Assembly (NCBI GenBank): GCA_964016885.1
Contig: CAXHJY010000741.1
Coordinates: 1-54,574, forward strand
DNA from: Eledone cirrhosa
Lineage: Eukaryota
DNA length: 54,574 nucleotides
Direction: 5' to 3'
The position numbers and the translations under genes are program-made. The notes beneath the pieces are model-generated. The model did no database searches and was not told where the DNA came from. It saw nothing but the letters and a program-made list of their open reading frames with translations. This document shows, piece after piece, positions 41,777 to 54,574 of the stretch (position 1 is the first letter of the stretch; the number at the start of each line of letters is the position of its first letter).

Positions 41777-44119
41777 GTGCACTTTTCTGACAGCTATGTC
41801 TTTAACTGGTAGTTTAATTTTTATTGATATCTCAGATCTTTAATAGGGAGTTTATCTTGTACTAAATTTTTTTCATTTTACTAGCATCACTGATTTGTAC
41901 AGGTTTATCAATGAAGATACTTGAATATGACAATATTTTTACAATGACAGAATCCAGAAAAACTGAGAATAGGTGTAAATGATTTCTCTGTGAATTATAT
42001 GAGTGTAGTACAAGCCCATAGATGTCACATAAACACAGCCATATACAATATACACATATTCATACTGCACCATTCACATGATGGTCAACCCTGCACCACC
42101 ATTGAAAAACCTTTCTATTGGGTTTGTTTTAATGTGTACATATATGTGTGTGGAGAGAGATATTACCATTGTACCTAGGCACGGGTATCTAAACTTAAAT
42201 GAAACTACTTTTGATGTCCTTAGCATTGCTACAAACTTCATTTCAAAATGATGCCTCACTAATATTTTTTTCTGAAATGGTTACTTATTGCAAATGGTGT
42301 CCAATTTTATGTTACCTTAACCCTAGTGATTTAATGACTAGACTGTATGTGTAATTTACATATGGATGTGTGTGTGTGTATATATATATATACATAGATA
42401 TATATACAGAGAGAGAGAAGTATGTATGTATTTTATTAATGTAGAAATATATATATACTGCTTGCACACTTGTATAAATGTGTGTAAATGAGAGTATCAA
42501 TATGAACATTTTTTTCCAGGCTGAGTTTATAACCTGAATCTTTTGTCTTTTAGAATCTTTCTTCATTTTATTTTTTGTTGTTGTTTTTAATGCTACACGG
42601 GTCAATTGAATACTTGGAGATAAATATATTGCTAATGTGTATACATACTCATAGCCTCTGTATTGTACATGGAATATATATCTATAATCATATATATATA
42701 TATACACACACACACACATGTATGTATGTATTTGTTTCCGTTTGTGTCTCTGTGTTTATGTCCCATAACTTAGGAGTACAACAAATAGAGATCAATAGAA
42801 TAAGAACCAGACGTTTTTAAATACTGAGTTCAATATGATTGACTAAAACATATTAAGGCAATGCCCAAGCATAGCCACAACCTAATGACTGAAACCATTA
42901 ATGGGGTTTTATATATATGTATACCTATTTATATGTGTGCATATATATATATATAGAATGTATACACATTTATATATATGCATTTATGTGTGTATATATA
43001 TATGTATATACATTTATATATATGGATTTATGTGTAAATGTATGCATATATATGTATTTATACATTATATACATGTCTATATTTGCTGTATAATATTTTA
43101 GATATATGTCCTACAAATATATACTCTGTATGTGTATAATAGATGGCACCGAATGATATCTCAGGGGTAATGATATGATATATTCATATATACATACATG
43201 CTTTTGCATATACATCCACACATACACATATATATTCCCACAGTGTAACATTGTTTGCAAATTCTTCAACTAAACCTGACATCTCTCTTGTGAGTTCAAT
43301 GATAATACTTTAAATTTATTTATATATATATATATCCCCTGTCTAATTCTGAGAGATTAGAATGTCATCGCTGCCACTTTAAAATTTTAGTAACTTAGAA
43401 AACAATTACCTGAGAGTATACATTAATGTAACAATAATAATGATGATGATGATGATGATAACAATAATATCACAAATATCTGTTTGATAAATTTAATGAA
43501 AAAATAAAATTAAAGGAAGAAATGACCCCTAATGCACCACTAAAAATTATTTTGTTTGAACACTAATGAATATTAAAGGAATAGAAAAATAAATTGATGA
43601 TTGATTGATTTCATTAAGATAAAACAAGAAAATGAAATACCCACCTCACCTCAATTTGCCCATCTCCCAAATCACATCTAAAAAAATCTTTTTTGAAATT
43701 CTGGAAAGTCATCCAAACCTCCTCCTTCCCATTGTAAATTCCTTCAACTGATTCAACGAAAATTACAGTTGATCCTTTCATGTATGTAAAGGCCCTCTAA
43801 AATACACACCTACACACTTTTGAAGGACTAAATACAAGTCATCCTTATGAACCTTTTCAAATTTCTCAGGCTACATTTGTAGAAAAACTAAAACAAACTG
43901 AAATCAAAATGATGGCATTTTGTTAGAAATTGATTTCTTAATGGCTGACTAAACAGTTTTTAGATTTAAATCAGTTTTCTATTATTTTCTTCTTTCTTTT
44001 TTGCTTCTTTAAAAAGATTTTCCCTTGTTTTTATTTATTTAAAAAAACTTTCTCTTAAATTTTTTACCTATTTATTCAATGTGTGAATTATATTAATTTT
44101 TGCTTCTTTTTTTTTATTA

Positions 44120-44303
44120 CCGTTTATACTCGTGTATAAATCACACATTTCCCCACATAAATTTGTGCAAAAAACAGCAAGCGGCATATATACTGAACCT
44201 ACAAAATGTATCACTTCAAAATATATAGTACATTGTGAATATTGTATGTAAAATGGTGGTGTAGCTTACCTAACTGTGTGACTTATACACAAGTATTATA
44301 TGG
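44120..44303. mobile_element. pogo/Tigger-like MITE with TA target duplication
   Basis: Left TIR CCGTTTATACTCGTGTATAAATCACACA; right TIR (reverse complement) CCATATAATACTTGTGTATAAGTCACACA; TA on both sides. Confidence 0.75.
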
Positions 44304-44701
44304 TATATTTTTTTATAACAAAATATATTTAACTGTAATTTTTATATTCTGTCCAACTGACCTCTTTCTCTGCCTCCTAACTCTTTATCTTCACCACAAC
44401 AACTACAATAACCATTTAATTCTGGTATGCCTACAAACAAATTTTCTTCAAGAATCTATATTGAAAGAGCCTTTTTTGAAGAGTCTTTCTTTACAATGTT
44501 TCCCAGTAGAATGCTGAACTGCACAATGGTGTAGTTTTTTATGGTTACTGTAAAATTTGTTTGATCTTTTCACTGTATAACCAACCAATGTATGGTGGTA
44601 CTTCAGTCATACAGTTATCACTGTATAACATCTTTGTAACTCTAAAACACTTTATTATACCACTGGAGCCGTCATTTTAAACAGTCAGTGAACTAGGGTT
44701 C

Positions 44702-44733
<32 letters not shown>

Positions 44734-44740
44734 GTATGAA

Positions 44741-44790
<50 letters not shown>

Positions 44791-44829
44791 GAAAGTGTGT
44801 GTGTATATATATAAAGTGGCAAAAATTGA

Positions 44830-45200
44830 GGATGGCTGGAAAATCCGAACAAAATGGACAAATGGAAACATCAGCTGTCTACTGTGAAGTCAACACAATT
44901 TTGCCAAATATGGACAGTATCACTCACTCTAGTGCACCAGTGGCTATCAGGAGTTAGATACAAGTACATATCAACAATGTGATACTCCGTAGACTAACAA
45001 CAAAATACAAGGAAAAAGAAAAGGAAACTAATTCATGTTGTTGTTTTGTCTTATACTTCAATCCTATGAAGTTAATTCCTTGTAGATACTTGTACATTGA
45101 GGTGAGCAATACCATTCATATTTTTCTGGAATTGTGTTGACATCCAGCAAACAACTGAGTGGGATGTTCGTTTGTCCATTATACTTGGAATTTCCAATGT
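44830..45200. repeat. Degenerate long inverted repeat (old MITE or fold-back)
   Basis: AATGGACAAA/TTTGTCCATT, GTCAACACAATT/AATTGTGTTGAC and ATATG..CTCAC/GTGAG..CATAT pair in nested order. Confidence 0.6.
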
Positions 45201-45267
45201 CTGTTGTTTTCCCAACCCCTGTACTCATTATTTGACGTGTGTTTAATATATGTCATCATCATATGTA

Positions 45268-45306
<39 letters not shown>

Positions 45307-45317
45307 ATATATATATA

Positions 45318-46880
45318 TAATAATAATAATGAAATTATGTACAGTGCTGAGGTGCACTACAACTCGTCAAAGGTGCATGTAAAGTACATAGAATAATGTA
45401 CAAATGTCAGGAAAGTGAACAGTGTATGAGTCATGATAAACATGTGTGCATGTGTATGGAGGGGGAATATCAAGTGTAGTGTTGGCAATCTTAATCATTT
45501 GCTCATTTGTGTAGCAGTAGACACTGTCAAATGGTTCCTCCATTGATCTTCGGAATGGTGCTGGTACAATATCTCCTTCTGGAGCTGAAATCCAGAGATT
45601 TCCTTGATAATCAAAATCACAGTCATTGCAACTTTGGATACACCAGGCTTTGGAATCTTGCTTTGCATCTTGCTTTGCAATCTGTTTATATATCCCATCA
45701 AGTTTTATTTGAAGTAAGCCAAGTCTCATGTCAGCCACAAAGAGATTATGAGATGATCAAATTGACATCCAGCTGGGATACCACCATAACCATCAATTCA
45801 CATAGAATGGCATTCAAGTCAGTTGCCAGATCTCAAAGCTTCAATGTATCCATGCCCAGGGAAGCAAGGCATTCAGAGTATGGTACATGCCTGATGAAAG
45901 GTATTTGCTTGGTTGCACATCTCTGAACAGTTTCCAGGAGGTCAATGTTCTGAGCAAGATAGGGGTTCCAGACTGGTGATGCAAATTCTAAGTGTGGCCG
46001 CACCATAGCTATATACAGCTTTAATAGATAGCTGGAGAGCGACTGACAAAGGTCTTGCTGAGTGATGCTAAGACACCCTCAGCCTTCTTGACAATTTTAG
46101 AGATGTGCTGACAGTAATACCCAGGTCACATTCACAAGAAGACTTCTTGATATTAGTGTTGTGGAGGGAGTATGTGGACGCTGGCTTTTCCTTCCCAAAA
46201 TGCATGGTGGTACACTTGTCCACAGCCAGCTTGAGTTGCCAGTCTCTGATCCAGTGCTGCATTGTGTCCAGGTCTGTTTGCAGGAAAGATCTAAAGTGTT
46301 CAGGATCTGTCCTTTTTATCTCAAAGTACAGCTTGATGCCATCTGCATATTTAAGTACTCTGGCATTCTTTAAGTTACATCTATGTCATTAATATATGCA
46401 ACAGACAAAAGGGGACCAAGAACAGGTCCCTGTGGTACACCAGATGACATCTCATACGGTGAAGAATGCTGTCCGACAACTTCTCTTTGACTGAGAATGA
46501 AGGACTTCAACCAGTTAAAAAGATCATCCTTCACACCTATTGCAGAGAGTTTTGCCATAAGTCTTTTGTGTGGCACAGAATTTAAAGCTTTAGCAAAGTC
46601 AAGGTAAACAACATCTACCCATGAGCTGCCATCAGTGATCCAGGTGATGTCTTCAAGAAACTCGATAAGTTGATCAAAGCAGCTGGAGTTAGGAATAAAT
46701 CCAAACTGCGAGGACCGGATAAGACTGTGAGAGTTCCAGAAGTTCCAGAGTGTTTCTCTGACACAGGAATTCATCAGTTTGGCAATGCAGCTAGTAAGAC
46801 TGACTGGACGATAGTTGACAGGCAACGTGAGGCCACCCATTTTGAAGAGAGGGACACTGGCAGTTTTCCACTGCTCTGGG
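45318..46880 (-). mobile_element. CR1-type LINE, 5'-truncated and decayed, interrupted by a DFPase fragment, (ATT)n tail
   Basis: NYRPVSLTS, QFGF, VYLDFAKA, SGVPQGPVLGPLL, YADG, LQTDLD, WQLKLAVDKC and VRPHLEFASPVWNP in 45798-46880; UTR-like segment with ATT tail at 45318-45486. Confidence 0.87.
45487..45797 (-). pseudogene. Squid-type diisopropyl-fluorophosphatase (DFPase, SMP-30/gluconolactonase beta-propeller family) pseudogene fragment
   Basis: IDGYGGIPAGCQFD/HNLFVADMRLGLL..SCNDCDFDYQGNLWISAPEG..RSMEEPFDSVYCYT..QMIKI matches recalled Loligo DFPase GYGGIPAGCQCD..LFVADMRLGLL..GCNDCAFDYEGNLWITAP. Frameshift near 45752; 12-nt duplication at 45655-45678. Confidence 0.88.
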
Positions 46881-46897
46881 GACACACACACACACAC

Positions 46898-46929
<32 letters not shown>

Positions 46930-47269
46930 ATGTATAATGCACATAGGTGTATGCATGCCTATGTTGCTGGGGTTATATTCTTTTCTTTACAGACAGAAAA
47001 ATATTTTATATATTCCATGTGCTTTAAATTTTTGTATGTATATATTATTTGTGCATGTTATATAATTTACACTTGCATACACATGTTTTTAAAGTGGAAA
47101 TATGTCTGTAATTGTATATGTGTACTACCAAGCATACATTTGCATATTTATATTATATAGTCTATGTGCATATATACAAGTGTGTATACAAAGAGTTTTT
47201 CTGTATAGTATGAATCTGCATACATGAAAGAATGTTGATAGAAAATATTAGTGTTCATGTGTATGTGTG

Positions 47270-47278
47270 TACGTATGC

Positions 47279-47324
<46 letters not shown>

Positions 47325-47525
47325 ATATATATATGTTTATATATATATGTTTATATATATATGTGTATATATATATGTATATGTATATATATATATGTAT
47401 ATGTATATGTATATATATATGTATATATATATATATATGTATATATATGTATATATATATATATGTGTGTGTATATATATATGTTTATATATATATGTTT
47501 ATATATATATGTTTATATATATATG

Positions 47526-47556
<31 letters not shown>

Positions 47557-47599
47557 ATATATGTATATGTATATATATATGTATATGTATATATATATG

Positions 47600-47630
<31 letters not shown>

Positions 47631-48081
47631 GTATATATATATATATGTGTGTATATATGTATATATATATATATATATATATGTGTATATATGTATGTAT
47701 ATATATATATATATGTGTATATATGTATGTATATGTATATATGTATGTATATATATATATATGTGTATATATGTATGTATATATATATATATGTGTGTAT
47801 ATATGTATGTATATATATATATATATATGTGTATATATGAATGTATATATATATATATGTGTATATATGAATGTATATATATATATATGTGTATATATGT
47901 ATGTATATATATATATGTGTATATATGTATGTATATATATATATATGTGTATATATGTATGTATATATATATATATGTGTATATATGTATGTATATATAT
48001 ATATATGTGTATATATGTATGTATATATATATATGTGTGTATATATGTATGTATATATATATATGTGTGTATATATGTATG

Positions 48082-48113
<32 letters not shown>

Positions 48114-48836
48114 TATATATATATATGTATATATGTATGTATATATATAATATATGTGTATATATGTATGTATATATATATATGTGTGTATATATGTATG
48201 TATATATATATATGTGTGTATATATGTATGTATATATATATATGTGTATGTATATATGTATATATATATATGTGTATGTATATATGTATATATATATATG
48301 TGTATGTATATATGTATATATATATATGTGTATGTATATATGTATGTATATATATGTGTATGTATATATGTATGTATATATATATATGTATATATATATG
48401 TGTGTATGTATATATATATATATATATATATGTGTATGTATATATGTATATATATATATATATATGTGTATGTATATATGTGTATGTATATATGTATATA
48501 TATATATATATGTGTATGTATATATGTGTATGTATATATGTATATATATATATATATGTGTATGTATATATGTGTATGTATATATGTATATATATATATA
48601 TGTGTATGTATATATATATGTGTATGTATATATGTATATATATATGTGTATGTATATATGTATATATATATGTGTATGTATATATGTATGTATATATGTA
48701 TATATATATGTGTATGTATATATGTATGTATATATATATATGTGTGTATGTATATATGTATATATATATGTGTATGTATATATGTATGTATATATATATA
48801 TATATATGTGTGTATGTATATATGTATATATATATA
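47270..48836. repeat. (TA)n/(TATG)n compound microsatellite
   Basis: Composition. Confidence 0.96.
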
Positions 48837-49418
48837 GTTGGTGCTACTGGTAACATGTATCTCAGTACAACCTGTCCCATGGTCGGGTCGTTGGCGACTA
48901 AACTGGGAACCCCACCAAGGTTTCTTGGTGAGGAGGGTGACTTTGGACATCCTGCAGGACTAAAAACAAAACCTGTCAAAGGGCAAAGGAGCTCTTAAGA
49001 GTCAATGGCCATCCAAAATCACCGGGAGAGATGACCCCTTAGCCTTTGTCAAGGCAGAATTCTAGGAGACGGCAAACTCTGATATAACACCTGCAACCCT
49101 GATGGTATCCAATGATGTTGACTTGTTCTTCTTTTTGGTAAATATCATCTTGGTTAAGAGAGTGGGACTGGCTTTGTGCAGTGCCTTTGCTCACTATAAA
49201 AGCTTCACGGCACAGGCATTGCTTTATAACTGGAGATCTCTCTGCACTTGTCGTCACATGGTACTATGTGTCAATAATTGTCACAAGTGTAGTGTTTGTA
49301 CCAGAGTTTTCAAGTCGCTGGCTGGACTAAAAAGTCACACTCGTTCAGCGCATCGGTAGGGGTTCTCCTACATGGATATACAGTAGTGGCCGTACTCGAA
49401 AACGAGTTGGCAGCCACC
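48837..49418 (+). mobile_element. Non-autonomous, internally deleted RTE-like element (5' UTR plus C-terminal CCHH and 3' stem-loop)
   Basis: RTE-like leader (CTAGGAGACGGCAAACTCTGA); terminal peptide [22 protein letters not shown]; ACTCG-AAAA-CGAGT hairpin at the 3' end; flanked by TA. Confidence 0.6.
48843..48908 (+). ncRNA. Candidate degenerate HDV-like ribozyme
   Basis: P2 TCTCAGT/ACTGGGA, GG before P4 TCG-TTGG-CGA, J4/2 CTAA; P1, P3 and L3 imperfect. Confidence 0.4.

Positions 49419-54574
<5,156 letters not shown>

Noticed and set aside
49280-49359. Separate host C2H2 gene
   Set aside because: Single knuckle at the end of a retroelement-like island, with no linker or array

Overview
Eukaryotic DNA, very probably from an octopus or another coleoid cephalopod. 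This is inferred from the multi-kb (TA)n/(TATG)n tracts, the SINE types, a polyQ C2H2 gene and a squid-type DFPase fragment. Well over half the window is AT microsatellite. The only intact host gene is a single-coding-exon C2H2 zinc-finger gene with 10 fingers (about 36298-39954, +). The rest is retroelements, mostly inserted into TA tracts: three 5'-truncated RTE LINEs with a PHD-type finger inside the RT, an RTE/RTEX-like LINE, a Naiad-like Penelope element (PLE), a CR1-type LINE, several tRNA-derived SINEs and a pogo-like MITE. Main signals: (1) short non-coding islands carrying minimal type I hammerhead ribozyme motifs, usually as fold-back inverted repeats whose breakpoints often fall in the ribozyme core; (2) a CR1 LINE with a DFPase coding segment inside it; (3) a SINE whose body matches one RTE copy and whose tail matches another; (4) a candidate HDV-like ribozyme heading a non-autonomous RTE derivative; (5) a near-perfect terminal palindrome that is probably an assembly artefact. 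Family names come from recalled motifs, not database searches.
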